From the NCBI GenBank assembly GCA_049517415.1, contig JBEKSC010000003.1, forward strand, positions 1 to 64,000: a DNA stretch of 64,000 nt. The letters are read 5' to 3'. Each line of letters opens with the position of its first letter. The stretch's first letter is position 1. This DNA is from Candidatus Bathyarchaeia archaeon (GTDB lineage Archaea; Thermoproteota; Bathyarchaeia; 40CM-2-53-6). Shown here piece after piece: positions 18,709 through 29,059 of this stretch. The notes below the pieces were generated by a model. That model was not told where the DNA came from. It did not search any database and saw nothing but the letters and a program-made list of their open reading frames with translations. A program made the translations under genes and the position numbers.

Positions 18709-19755
18709 CTACGCCTTTCCGAGCTTCTTCGCTAGTTCAATGAGATCTTTGTGTATGACCTTTCCCTTATCCGTAATTTGTACGCCGTCAAGCCAGACCG
18801 ACGTGTTCAGGCAGATTCCGTCGGAGTGAGAGGCTGCTGAAATACCGTCCGGAGGCGCTAGCATCGGTCCCACGTAGCCGATTCCCCATTCCGTGCAACA
18901 CCATACCCGCTCGTCCTCAAGGATATTTCCGGTCAACTTAGCGCCTGGATTGAACCCATAGCAGGCATGGGCCATGCTGAACATATTCGGGTCGTTGAAG
19001 CTCCTCAGCCAAGCCTCATAGTCGAGAGCATCTTTGCCTCCTTCAACCTTGACGATCTTGCCCTTCTCCACATGCAGCTTGACAGGCTCTTTCACAAGCC
19101 CAATCGGGGGCACAATCGACCCGTCAAACGCGATGATTCCGTTTATCGTCTCAAACCTCGGCGACCACCCTATCTGACCCGCTAGCATGTGAGAACCCGG
19201 CGTGTCAGCGTACCCAACTTCGCTTATCATCGGTCTCTTGGGGTCATTGTCGAATTCCACGTTCGTGCCCGCTGGGGTCGTCAACTTCATGTGTTTGGCT
19301 CTCTTGGTCATGTCCGTGATTTTGTCTTGGAACGTCTTCAGGGTTGGATAGTCGATCCTTCCAAGACATCTCGTCATCATGTCGGTGCTCATGCCGACGA
19401 GACAAAGGTATCTGAGGTTCTTGTTTTCTTTTGTCGCTATCTCATATGGGGTTGAGTACAAAAGCCATTGATTGTTGAACTCAACCCACGCATCGGACTC
19501 CTTCAAAGCTGCGGTCAACGCTTTCACAGGCAACATGGGGTCGGCGGCTTTTCCCACGCCTAGCGGAGAAGCGACCCGCATTACGAGAGGCTTGGCTCCG
19601 ACAGCAAACGCAACTCTGGCCACGGCCTCGACGACTCGCATATCGGATTCGGTGTCTGCCGTTATGGCGAATGTTTCTCCTGGTTTCAGCTTGAATAGTT
19701 CTCTACAAAGAATATCGGCGGATTTTCCGATTTCGTACTCATAAAGTGTGGACAT
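18709..19755 (-). CDS. M29-fold metalloenzyme, NicX-like subtype (paralog of 44379-45425)
   Basis: HMLAGQ, MAHACYGFNP, LEDER, ASHSDG. Confidence 0.8.
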   Translation of the reverse strand: MSTLYEYEIGKSADILCRELFKLKPGETFAITADTESDMRVVEAVARVAFAVGAKPLVMRVASPLGVGKAADPMLPVKALTAALKESDAWVEFNNQWLLYSTPYEIATKENKNLRYLCLVGMSTDMMTRCLGRIDYPTLKTFQDKITDMTKRAKHMKLTTPAGTNVEFDNDPKRPMISEVGYADTPGSHMLAGQIGWSPRFETINGIIAFDGSIVPPIGLVKEPVKLHVEKGKIVKVEGGKDALDYEAWLRSFNDPNMFSMAHACYGFNPGAKLTGNILEDERVWCCTEWGIGYVGPMLAPPDGISAASHSDGICLNTSVWLDGVQITDKGKVIHKDLIELAKKLGKA

Positions 19756-20100
19756 TTCCCATCGAAGTTATAGCGAGCCCAACTGCTTATTTAAGAGTTC
19801 CCGGGTTGCCTGACGGTTGCGCTCTAACCGCTCAGCTCCGCGCCTTAACCTGGAGCAACTAAACAACGCAATGGTTCACTGAGGGAGGTCGCTCGCTTGT
19901 GGTTCCAGTAGGTCACAAGCCCCTCGTGAGCGGGACAGATCGAGTCCTCGCAGACCTACGCCTCGTGGATCGCGTCGACCTTGCCCCAGGTGGAGAGACC
20001 CCTGCCGTCTTCGAGAATGTGATGAGATCCGTTTCTGCCGCAGAAGAATGGAACTGTGCCCCGCTAGATAGGCCGCGGACCCGGGCATGCGATGACAGTC

Positions 20101-20568
20101 TGTTATCTGACACACATATTTATGACGAGAAAACAGCGTGTGCCGACATGGAGACGACAAGAGACGTTCTCAAGCTGAGACGGTCGTGCATCAGAAAACA
20201 TGGGGAGGAGGCGTCGGTTAGTGAAATCTGTACCGCCACCCAGATCTCGCGAAGAACCTTCTACAACTAGTGGAAACGCTACGAGAGCGGAGGCTACGCG
20301 AACCTCACAGACAAACCCAGAAAAACCAACACAACCCACAGCACCCCGCCCGAAGTCGCCGAACCCATAACACAACTACGGCGGGAGACCGACGACGCAG
20401 GGGAACGTTGAGCGATGGTTCCGAACCTACGACCTTGAACATGACAGGTTCCCCCCTCCACCGGAAATTCATCCACTACTACAATTACGAACGGCCACAC
20501 ATGACGTTAAATTATTCAACGCCAGCGGAAGTCTACTTTGGCAATGTGCTAAATCTCCTGTGATAACA
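20101..20568 (+). mobile_element. Internally deleted IS481-family element (non-autonomous remnant)
   Basis: Termini TGTTATC...GATAACA; HTH-like SVSEICTATQISRRTFYN*WKRY; C-terminal FIHYYNYERPHMTLNYSTPAEVY; DDE core missing. Confidence 0.8.
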
Positions 20569-20636
20569 CTGGCGTGCGATCACGTAGAAAGCTTAATTTC
20601 TCTATGCTTCGCGATATGAGTCTTGGAGGAGATGAT

Positions 20637-21677
20637 TTGATCGATAAGAGAAAAATAGAGAAAGGCACCGTGAATATGCTCAAAATCAATCTGGGACTCA
20701 AAGCCCGAGAAAAACTTCTAGTGGTTACGGACGCGCCGACGATTGAGGAATGGAAAAGCCATAGTAGCGAGAAACTTGCGGACGCCGTGCGTCGGTCGGT
20801 CCTTGCAAGAGAGGTAAGTGAGATAGCTGCCCAAGCGTTCCCACAATCTAGTGTTGAGTTCTTCGCGTACCCGTCAATAGGCAAACATGGAACTTACCCA
20901 GGGAACGAGGTCGAGGAAAGAATGAAAGCCGCGGACGTGGTGGTAGCAATGACAACGTACTCGCTTACTCACACGGACGCACGGGAGCATGCGACGCAAG
21001 CCGGAGCACGACTTGCCAGTATGCCAATGTTCCTAGCGGAGATGTTCTACCCTGGGGGTGCGATGGCCGCAGATTACAGGAAGATCGCAGGTGAAACGAA
21101 GAGGATCGCCGATCTAATCACGCAGGCGAATGAAGCCACTATCAAGTCGAGGGCCGGAACAGACTTTACCTTCAGCGTTGAGGGAAGAAAAGGGATGTCA
21201 GACTCGGGAATATTCACCGAGAAGGGAGCATGGGGCAACCTACCGTCGGGCGAAGCGTACTGTGCTCCATTGGAGGGAACTGGAAACGGCAAGGTTGTGG
21301 TACAGAAGGGCTGGTACCCAGACCTGAAGGAGAATATGATCATAAGCTTCAAGGACGGAAAAGTGACTAGCATTGAGGGCGGCGGCCAAGTAGGAGACAG
21401 GTTTAGAGAGCTCCTAGCCTTTGGCAAGGAAGAGGAACCCTATCTCTCGCGCAGAAATCACGCCGAGCTTGGTGTGGGCACTAACCCTAACGCCAAGCGA
21501 CCAGATAACGTCTTGGAAGCAGAGAAGATTAGAGGAACAGTTCACGTCGCGATAGGAGACAACTCTCACATGGGTGGATCCGTCAAAGCAGACCTGCACC
21601 AAGACTTCATAATACCCCTGCCGACGTTCTCGCTCGACAACCAAGTAGTCATGAGAAACGGAAGGTTGGTCATCTAA
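20637..21677 (+). CDS. M29-family aminopeptidase-like protein, canonical-ligand subtype (paralog of 43122-44162)
   Basis: NLPSGEAY, AELGVGTN, EAEKIRGTVHVAIG, HQD; GGAGGAG just upstream of TTG 20637. Confidence 0.85.
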   Translation: MIDKRKIEKGTVNMLKINLGLKAREKLLVVTDAPTIEEWKSHSSEKLADAVRRSVLAREVSEIAAQAFPQSSVEFFAYPSIGKHGTYPGNEVEERMKAADVVVAMTTYSLTHTDAREHATQAGARLASMPMFLAEMFYPGGAMAADYRKIAGETKRIADLITQANEATIKSRAGTDFTFSVEGRKGMSDSGIFTEKGAWGNLPSGEAYCAPLEGTGNGKVVVQKGWYPDLKENMIISFKDGKVTSIEGGGQVGDRFRELLAFGKEEEPYLSRRNHAELGVGTNPNAKRPDNVLEAEKIRGTVHVAIGDNSHMGGSVKADLHQDFIIPLPTFSLDNQVVMRNGRLVI

Positions 21678-21759
21678 GGTCCTCTGTCCACGAGTGCGTA
21701 GGAGAGTGCGTACGGGACGATGAAAAGTCTCGAGACAGCTTGAGGCGGAGGCGATGTTG

Positions 21760-22060
21760 TATGAAACTGTTTAGGAATCAGCCTAACCCGATGCTGCCCT
21801 GTCTTACCGTTAACAATCAACACTGAGCAGTTGTTGTCGAATTTGTTCCTTATCTTAAGGCTGAGGATCTCGCCGATTCTGCATCCGCTCTCGTAGAGGA
21901 CGCTGATCAGAGCCTTGTCTCTGGGATTCTCAGCTGCAATAGCTCCTTCGGGATTTGTTGCCTCCTTTCCCCTCTCTACCGTTTTTCCTTTCATGAACCT
22001 CCATAATCTTGATGATCCCCGCTTTTCGCGTAGGAATCGCGTGAACACATCAACCGTCAA
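21760..22060 (-). pseudogene. Tyrosine recombinase/integrase (XerA-like) fragment
   Basis: PRDKALISVLYESGCRIGEILSLKI (box I Arg) and NGKTG; no HxxR or Tyr box. Confidence 0.85.
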
Positions 22061-22292
22061 GTAGAGTCATAAGAAGTTAGTACTCTGCAATCCTAGATCT
22101 GCCAAGGTCGTTTCCGTTAGGGTCTGGCAACCCATCACTTAGACAGAGCTAAGATGCCCGTATATACTGATTCCGCACGATTAATCGATCTTCTTGTAGC
22201 CGCCGCTAAATCAGAAGCCATTGAAGCCATTCTTCAAGCTTCACCAAGTCTTCGGCTATTTTCAATGCGACTGAAATTGGATCGATTACAGC
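21936..22292 (+). repeat. ~360-bp direct repeat, copy 2
   Basis: Matches 17999-18365. Confidence 0.95.
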
Positions 22293-24040
22293 GTGTTCTT
22301 GCGCTCGGCTTTCAGCCGTTTTCTAAGGTTAGACGTGGCCGCTATGTCTGGTTCCAGCGAACCCTGCTCGAACACAAATCCGTATATCTTCTCGGCATCT
22401 TGCCGTGAGATGTACTCGTTTCTCACGTCCCATGCCACTCTCTTGACGTCCCTGTCGAGGGGATCGCCGTATCCTCCCCCACCGCCCGTCTTGAGTCTGA
22501 TCAGCTCTCCTTTTTTCATCGATGCAGCGGCCACCTTTCTCATCCTTTGCGGCTCCTTTCCGCTTCTCATTAGAACGAAGTAGTTAGGTGTGCCTTTCAT
22601 ACCGCCTTCCATTCCCCATGCCGGATAGACGGATCTGCCGAAGGAAGCTGTGAATGACGCTTCGGAATTGTTTATTCTGTAATCCTTCACTAGACCGAAG
22701 CCACCCCTGAACATTCCATGGCCGCAGCCGTCTTCTACGTTTAGCGAGTATTGTTCAACCCTTATGGGTTGTCTAACCTCAAGAACTTCGTTCGACATTA
22801 TGAAGGTCTCGCCGTCTCCGCCACATACCAATCCACTCTCGCCATCTTTGTTCACGCCTCCTCCCCACCCGCCTGCCTGGGGCTCCACGACGGCGAAAGG
22901 CTGTTTCGTTTTGTCGTCGACGCCTCCCACGATTGTCGCGCACACGCTGAGAAAGTGTCCCGCTGGTAGCTTGTCTGGCATATGCGGTGCTAGAGCTTGC
23001 CAGACAATGTCTGTGACGAACATCATAGCCTCCCAATATGTGGAGGTTGGGGCTGGATATCGTGGATTGAATATGCTTCCCTCCGGAGCGACCAAACGAA
23101 GCGCGTCGAATTCGCCGTCATTTGCGGGAGATTGGGGACCCGTCACAGCCTTCATTATGAGTCTAGCAGCCGACACGGTCGCAGGGTATGGAGAGTTGAC
23201 CGAACCTCGAACTTGGGCTCCGGAGCCCGTTAGATCTATGGCGAACTTGTCGTCTGAGATTTCGACGGTGGCCTTTACAGGGATCGGGGTGTCTGTTATC
23301 CCATCATCATCGATCGTGTCTTCGACCGTGAACTTCCCGTGCGGAAGCTCTTTCAGTTTCTTCTGGATCATGAGCTTCGCCCGCTCTATGCCCCAGTCAA
23401 TGTACTCCATCACAGCGTTCAGTCCATACTTATCACACAACTCAAGAATTCGTCTTGCGCCTACTCTCAGAGATGCGGCCTGGGCTTCCATGTCACCCAT
23501 CGTCATGTCGGGAGTTCTGACGTTTGATCTGATAAGATCAAACAGATCCTCGTTTGGCTTGCCCTTGCGGAAGAGCTTGACTATTGGAAACTGCAGTCCC
23601 TCCTGATAGATCTCTGTGGCGTCGGATGTCCAACTCCCGAAGTGCATTCCACCTACCTCAGACCAGTGGCCCTTGTTGGTTGAGAACGCCAGAAGCTTAC
23701 CTCTGTAGAAAACTGGCATGACCAGCGTGACATCGTTCAGGTGTGTCCCGTGGTAGTGTGGAATGTTCATTGCGATTATGTCGCCTTCATCAAACCCATC
23801 TGCTCCGAATTTTTTCAGCGCGTCCTTCACTGCGATGTCTAAAACGCCAAGAAAACCGGGCGCTCCATTCGCTTGGGCAATCATCCTTCCCCTGTAATCC
23901 ATGATTCCACAGGCGTAGTCTAAGACTTCGTAGATGACTGGGCTCTTGCTGGTTCTGCCGAAGGCTGCGAAAGTTTCTTCCGCAGCCGAGACTAGGCTGC
24001 TGCCAATTATTTCGAGCGTGAACTTGTCGGTCTTCGTCAT
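22286..24040 (-). CDS. Hydantoinase B/5-oxoprolinase subunit
   Basis: SPVIYEVLDYACG, GTHLND, KGHWSEVGG, EIYQEG, TGGGGGYGDP. Confidence 0.92.
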   Translation of the reverse strand: MTKTDKFTLEIIGSSLVSAAEETFAAFGRTSKSPVIYEVLDYACGIMDYRGRMIAQANGAPGFLGVLDIAVKDALKKFGADGFDEGDIIAMNIPHYHGTHLNDVTLVMPVFYRGKLLAFSTNKGHWSEVGGMHFGSWTSDATEIYQEGLQFPIVKLFRKGKPNEDLFDLIRSNVRTPDMTMGDMEAQAASLRVGARRILELCDKYGLNAVMEYIDWGIERAKLMIQKKLKELPHGKFTVEDTIDDDGITDTPIPVKATVEISDDKFAIDLTGSGAQVRGSVNSPYPATVSAARLIMKAVTGPQSPANDGEFDALRLVAPEGSIFNPRYPAPTSTYWEAMMFVTDIVWQALAPHMPDKLPAGHFLSVCATIVGGVDDKTKQPFAVVEPQAGGWGGGVNKDGESGLVCGGDGETFIMSNEVLEVRQPIRVEQYSLNVEDGCGHGMFRGGFGLVKDYRINNSEASFTASFGRSVYPAWGMEGGMKGTPNYFVLMRSGKEPQRMRKVAAASMKKGELIRLKTGGGGGYGDPLDRDVKRVAWDVRNEYISRQDAEKIYGFVFEQGSLEPDIAATSNLRKRLKAERKNTL

Positions 24041-26104
24041 TTACAATGCGCCTTTCCTGACATTGATAACCAGATGCCCGTACTTATTCACGGTAAGCAG
24101 ATCTCCCGGCCCCACCAGAGTGGTCGAAGTTTTCTCCTCAATGATCACGGGCCCTCGTATCTTCGCGCCGACCGGTAGGAGCGCTCTTTCGAATACTTTT
24201 GCGTCAAACTTTCCGCTCAGGAGGACAACTTTCCTCTTTCCCTTCGTGGCGTTCGCCAATGATGATTTCACATTCTTCATGGGCTTGATGACTGGTTTCT
24301 TGACGCGTCCATATGCCGTCAGGCGGATGTTCACCGCTTCGACTGGATCTTGTAGACTGAATGTGAACTGCTTGTGATGTAACTGGTCGAATTTCTGCTT
24401 CACTTTCTCGATGTCTTTAGCCTTTAACGGGATACTGCTGACCGGTGTATTCAGCGTATGCTCTTGCCCATAATATCTTAGATCCAGAGACGGCGTGAAG
24501 TACCTCATTCCTTCCTCCACGTGTTCTCTCATGAAGATGTCCGCCGCATTCTCTCTTAACTGATCAAATGTCGAATTTATCTCGCCAAGGTTGCTTTCGT
24601 TGAAGGCTCTTACCTTCGTTTGCACAAGGTCGTGTCTTAGATCTGTTAGCAGCATGCCCCATGCTGAGAAGACTCCTGGAACCAGTGGGACCATCACTGT
24701 TCCTATCCCCAGGTCGCGGGCGAGGTCGACTGCGAACATTGGTCCTGCACCTCCAAATGCGATGATCGCAAAGTCCCTCGGATCGTACCCTCTTCTGACG
24801 GATACCAGTTTGATCATGTTGATCATGTTGGAGTCGGCAATTCTGATTGCACCTAGCGCCAGCTTCTGAACCGGTAAACCCAACTGTCTCGACAGAGGCA
24901 TGAAGGCGTTCTCGGATAGATCCTTGCGAAGGTGTATTTCGCCGCCCAGGAAGTACTCGGGGTCGATGACTCCGCTCACAACGAAAGCGTCTGTTAGTGT
25001 GGGTCTCTCTCCACCTTTATCGTAGCAGGCTGGGCCGGGATCGGCGCCAGCACTTATCGGTCCAACTTGAAGCGATCCAACCTCATCTGCCCAGACGATG
25101 CTACCTCCGCCAGCACCTATCTCGACTATATCGACTATGGGAACCTTGAGCGGGTAGCCAGCAAAGAAGGGCGTTTTCTCAAGGTTGTATTCAGGACTTA
25201 TTCTGACTTGGCCATCATCGATGAGCGAAGTCTTTGCCGTTGTGCCGCCTACATCCAGGCTTATCACGTTGCGGATTCCAGCTGCGGTTCCAACAGCGGC
25301 TGAGCCAATGACTCCTCCTGCTGGACCAGATTCGACCTGATATATCGGTGTGACAATCGCTTGTTCGAAGGATGATATCCCACCATTCGACTGCATTACG
25401 AAGAGGTTGGCTTGAACTCCCAGACCTTCAAGGCCTATCTTGAGGTTCGTCAAATAGTGGTCAACTATCGGTTGAACATACGCATTCATGACGGTCGTGT
25501 TCGTCCGCTCATACTCTCGCCATTCAGAACCAAGCGACATTGAGGTTGACAAGTAGGTGCCAGGTAACAGCTTCTGGATCTTTGCAGCGCATCTTTCCTC
25601 GTTGGAATGATTCGCATATGAATTGTAGAGGCAAATCGCAACGGAGAGAACTCCTTCCTTCTTGAACAGGGAGCCTATTTCTTCCAGCTCTTCTTCGTGC
25701 AGTTCTTCTACGATAGTTCCGTCAGCATCGACCCTTTCTCTCACTTCTCTTCTTAGGTAGCGAGGGACGAGGGGCTCTGGCTTCTTGTACATGAAGTTAT
25801 ACATGTCAGTCCTGTTTGATCGTTGGATCTCCAGGACATCCCTGAAACCCTTCGTTGTTATGAGACCGGTCTTCACACCCTTTCTCTCGGTAATCGCGTT
25901 GATTACCATAGTTGAACCCGTTGCAACGAAGCCGCTAATCTTCGATCCGTCTACTCCACTCTTCTTAATCGTATTCAACACGCCAATAGAGAAGTCCTTC
26001 GGGGTGGTGGAATCCTTGACAAAAATCAATTCCCCGGTTGCTTCGTCTAGAGCGCAGACATCGGTGAAAGTGCCGCCTACGTCGACTGCAGCTCTTACTG
26101 TCAT
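24041..26104 (-). CDS. Hydantoinase A/5-oxoprolinase ATP-binding subunit
   Basis: DVGGTFTD, REYER, MQSNGG, SGPAGG, DVGGTT, IGAGGGS; ATG 26104 is the likely start. Confidence 0.92.
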   Translation of the reverse strand: MTVRAAVDVGGTFTDVCALDEATGELIFVKDSTTPKDFSIGVLNTIKKSGVDGSKISGFVATGSTMVINAITERKGVKTGLITTKGFRDVLEIQRSNRTDMYNFMYKKPEPLVPRYLRREVRERVDADGTIVEELHEEELEEIGSLFKKEGVLSVAICLYNSYANHSNEERCAAKIQKLLPGTYLSTSMSLGSEWREYERTNTTVMNAYVQPIVDHYLTNLKIGLEGLGVQANLFVMQSNGGISSFEQAIVTPIYQVESGPAGGVIGSAAVGTAAGIRNVISLDVGGTTAKTSLIDDGQVRISPEYNLEKTPFFAGYPLKVPIVDIVEIGAGGGSIVWADEVGSLQVGPISAGADPGPACYDKGGERPTLTDAFVVSGVIDPEYFLGGEIHLRKDLSENAFMPLSRQLGLPVQKLALGAIRIADSNMINMIKLVSVRRGYDPRDFAIIAFGGAGPMFAVDLARDLGIGTVMVPLVPGVFSAWGMLLTDLRHDLVQTKVRAFNESNLGEINSTFDQLRENAADIFMREHVEEGMRYFTPSLDLRYYGQEHTLNTPVSSIPLKAKDIEKVKQKFDQLHHKQFTFSLQDPVEAVNIRLTAYGRVKKPVIKPMKNVKSSLANATKGKRKVVLLSGKFDAKVFERALLPVGAKIRGPVIIEEKTSTTLVGPGDLLTVNKYGHLVINVRKGAL

Positions 26105-26212
26105 GTTTCCTCGAGTGGCAAGTCTGCGTGCCAAATACTATATTAAAGTAAGTATCGGTCAGACCGTTTCATTCTTACAAGTATTCCCACGAGTGGAATC
26201 GTGAATTAAGAA

Positions 26213-26536
26213 ATGAAACTCACGCAATTCAAAAGCGCAAATAGCTCGAAAGAGCTCCTAGAGTATCTAGTGAAGGAAGGTGAACTCCCGCGAGTTCAAA
26301 TCGGAACAGCCACCATTCTGAAGGGCCAGAGGCTCCCCGCTGAGTCCCATAGCCTGCACGAGCGGCATGACGAGGTCAGTTACGTCATAAAAGGCAGTTG
26401 CGAGTTGCATGCGGACAACAAGGTTCTGTTTTTGGAGGAAGGTGACGTCATTTACAACCCCCGAGGTACCAAGCATTTCGTAGAGAATCCCAAAAGCGAA
26501 TCTTGTGTCATCTTCTTTGTGCTCGTTGAGGAATGA
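26213..26536 (+). CDS. Cupin-domain protein
   Basis: HxH....E..YV.KG ... GD....P.G.KH cupin motif. Confidence 0.85.
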   Translation: MKLTQFKSANSSKELLEYLVKEGELPRVQIGTATILKGQRLPAESHSLHERHDEVSYVIKGSCELHADNKVLFLEEGDVIYNPRGTKHFVENPKSESCVIFFVLVEE

Positions 26537-26544
26537 CCTGCCTC

Positions 26545-27065
26545 TTACACCCAGTCCTCCTCTTTCGGCGGGCTCTCATATCCGTACGCTTTGTGTGATA
26601 CTCCTAGTGACGAGTACGTGTCCGCCTGCATCTCGGCGAACTTCCAAGATGTAATGACAGGATCCAGTATCGGGAGATTTATTGCTCTGCTGATTCCATG
26701 CGAAAAACCTGATTTAACCGTGCAGCCTAACACGATTACCCCAGCGTAATCCTGCTCGACAGTTTTCTCGGCCTCCCTTCGAACTGACTCCTTCAGCCTT
26801 CTCTGGCTTCTCTTAGGCTAGGGTCGTACAAGCATCCTATTATGGCAACGTGGAATCCTTTGGTTTCCGTCTTTCGTATTTCTTTGAGCATGTCATCCAT
26901 CACCAGATGCTCATAGTAATGATACTCTAAGTGCTCCGGACCTTTGAGTAGGTGGGTGACCGTAGGCTCAACACGCATTTCTGCGGACTCGGTTTATGAT
27001 GAACAGGGTGTGCCGGTCGAAGTAGTCCTTTCCCACGGGGTTTATGAATAATATTCGGTGCGCAT
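26545..27065 (-). pseudogene. Asp/Glu/hydantoin racemase pseudogene (frameshifted, internally deleted)
   Basis: RILFINPVG / IIGCLYDPSLREARE / VIVLGCT...PILDP fragments lie in different frames; middle segment absent. Confidence 0.85.
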
Positions 27066-27107
27066 GCTTTGAGTTCCAACTCTCAGCTTTCCATAACGAT
27101 TATTGTG

Positions 27108-28082
27108 CTAGGCATTTGCGGAGGAGGGGTACAGGTGACAGGCTACATGATGGCCCGTCGCGTATTCAACTAGTGGTGGGATGGTCTTACTGCACACGTC
27201 CATTGCGAAAGGACATCGCGGGTGAAAACTACAGCCTGGCGGGATGTGTAGAGCCCCTGTAATCTCTCCTGTGCTGGTAACCTTCTCGGGTTTGAGCGCT
27301 TCTTCCTCTGGAGTGATTACGGGGACAGCTGAGATGAGCATCTTTGTGTACGGGTGCAGTGGGTTGCTGAAGAATTCGGAAGTATCCGTAAGCTCCCCAA
27401 TCTTCCCAAGGTACATGATTCCTACTCTTTGCGCCACGTTTCTCATTAGGCTCAGGTTGTGAGTGATGAAGAGATATGATAGGTTGAATTCCTTCTGGAA
27501 TCTTATGAGCATGTTTATGATCTTGGCCTGGATTGAAACGTCCAGAGCAGATGTTGGCTCGTCTAGGACCACGAAAGACGGGTTAGTAGCCAAGGCTCTC
27601 CCGATGGCTACGGCTTGTTTCTCGCCTCCTCCAAGTTCGCCTGGATAGCGTTCCGCGAATTCTCGCGGCAGCTCGATAAGATCCATCATTTCCTGGACTT
27701 TATTATCATAGTCACCGTCTTCTGCGAGACGATGCACCCTCAAGGGCAATTCCAAGATCTGTTTGACCGTCCTCCTAGGGTTCAGGGAAGAGGCGGGATT
27801 CTGGAAGACGATCTGCAGTTGCTTCTTAAGCTCCTTCGGACGCTTACCGACACCCATCGATATGTCTTTTCCGAGGAATGTAATGTCTCCCGCGGTGGGA
27901 TTATAGATTCCCATGATAACGTGCCCAACTGTGCTCTTTCCTGATCCGGATTCACCCACCAAGCCGAAAGTTTCGTTCTTCTTCACGGAAAATGACACGT
28001 CGTCAACGGCCTTGACCATTCCGCGTGAGGTCTTGAAGTATTTCTTGAGACTCTTGACTGTGAGGATTTCCTCCGTAGACAT
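27108..28082 (-). CDS. dppF: Dipeptide/oligopeptide ABC ATPase
   Basis: GESGSGKS, LDEPTSALD, C-terminal GCSFHPRC. Confidence 0.9.
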   Translation of the reverse strand: MSTEEILTVKSLKKYFKTSRGMVKAVDDVSFSVKKNETFGLVGESGSGKSTVGHVIMGIYNPTAGDITFLGKDISMGVGKRPKELKKQLQIVFQNPASSLNPRRTVKQILELPLRVHRLAEDGDYDNKVQEMMDLIELPREFAERYPGELGGGEKQAVAIGRALATNPSFVVLDEPTSALDVSIQAKIINMLIRFQKEFNLSYLFITHNLSLMRNVAQRVGIMYLGKIGELTDTSEFFSNPLHPYTKMLISAVPVITPEEEALKPEKVTSTGEITGALHIPPGCSFHPRCPFAMDVCSKTIPPLVEYATGHHVACHLYPSSANA

Positions 28083-29059
28083 CAGCTGTCACCGTAAAGG
28101 TAACACGATACTCTATGGTGTTTGCCCAAGTCGATGAGATGAGGCGACTTGACACGGCATTCTTCCATGGCGAATCGGCATCTAGAAACAAATCTGCAGC
28201 CTGCAGGCGGCGTCAGGTAGCTTGGGATTCTGCCCAAGATCCCCTCTGGGATGCCGCCTCCTGTGAGTTTCGGCACGGCCTTCAAAAGATCCTGCGTGTA
28301 AGGGTGTTTCGGATTCGAGAATAGTTCTTCTGTCGGAGCCACTTCAACCATCGTCCCAGCGTACATGACGTAGACTTTGGTAACGAAATTCTTGACGGCT
28401 CCGATTGAATGGCTGATCAGGATGACCGACAGATCTCTCTCTTCCACAATCTGTTTCAATAGTCTCATAATCTGATCCTCTATTGTGACATCTAGAGATG
28501 TTCCTGGCTCATCGGCGATCAAGAGATCTCTTGCAGAAGCCAACGCCATGGCTATGCAGACTCTTTGCCTCATCCCACCGCTCAGTTGGAACGCGTAGCT
28601 GTCCAGGATTCTCTCAGGTTCTGGAAGTGCCGCGCTCTTCAGAAGTTCCACTGCTCTAGCCTTCACCTCTCGATCTGTTGGCTCTTGTGTAGGCGTGGAG
28701 CTGCGCACTATGTCCTCAAGTTGGGTTCCTATTTTGAAAACTGGATTGAGGGCGGCCGTGGGATCTTGAAAGATCATGGACATGCTTGTTCTTCTCAACG
28801 TTGAGAGCTCGCGGTTTCCAAGGTCGAGGAGGTCACCGTGTTTGTATGTTATTTTTCCCCCTGCAAGAACAGCGTTGGGTGCCAGGATCCTCATTATGGC
28901 CTTCATCGTAGTGGTTTTTCCACACCCGGATTCACCAATTATCGCTACTTTCTCCTTTATCTCTACTGTAAGGTCGATTCCATCCAGTACCTTCAGCAAA
29001 CCTTCGTATACTTTGTAGTGCACTTGAAGGTCGGTGACTTCCAGTAACTCTTGGCTCAT
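28082..29059 (-). CDS. dppD: Dipeptide/oligopeptide ABC ATPase
   Basis: GESGCGKT, LSGGMRQR, GCRFVSRC. Confidence 0.9.
   Translation of the reverse strand: MSQELLEVTDLQVHYKVYEGLLKVLDGIDLTVEIKEKVAIIGESGCGKTTTMKAIMRILAPNAVLAGGKITYKHGDLLDLGNRELSTLRRTSMSMIFQDPTAALNPVFKIGTQLEDIVRSSTPTQEPTDREVKARAVELLKSAALPEPERILDSYAFQLSGGMRQRVCIAMALASARDLLIADEPGTSLDVTIEDQIMRLLKQIVEERDLSVILISHSIGAVKNFVTKVYVMYAGTMVEVAPTEELFSNPKHPYTQDLLKAVPKLTGGGIPEGILGRIPSYLTPPAGCRFVSRCRFAMEECRVKSPHLIDLGKHHRVSCYLYGDS

Noticed and set aside
19800..20100. Possible gene remnant left of the IS481 fragment
   Set aside because: No recognisable motif in any frame
21674..22060. Active integrase or invertase responsible for the local inversions
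   Set aside because: Truncated; lacks the HxxR and catalytic Tyr regions
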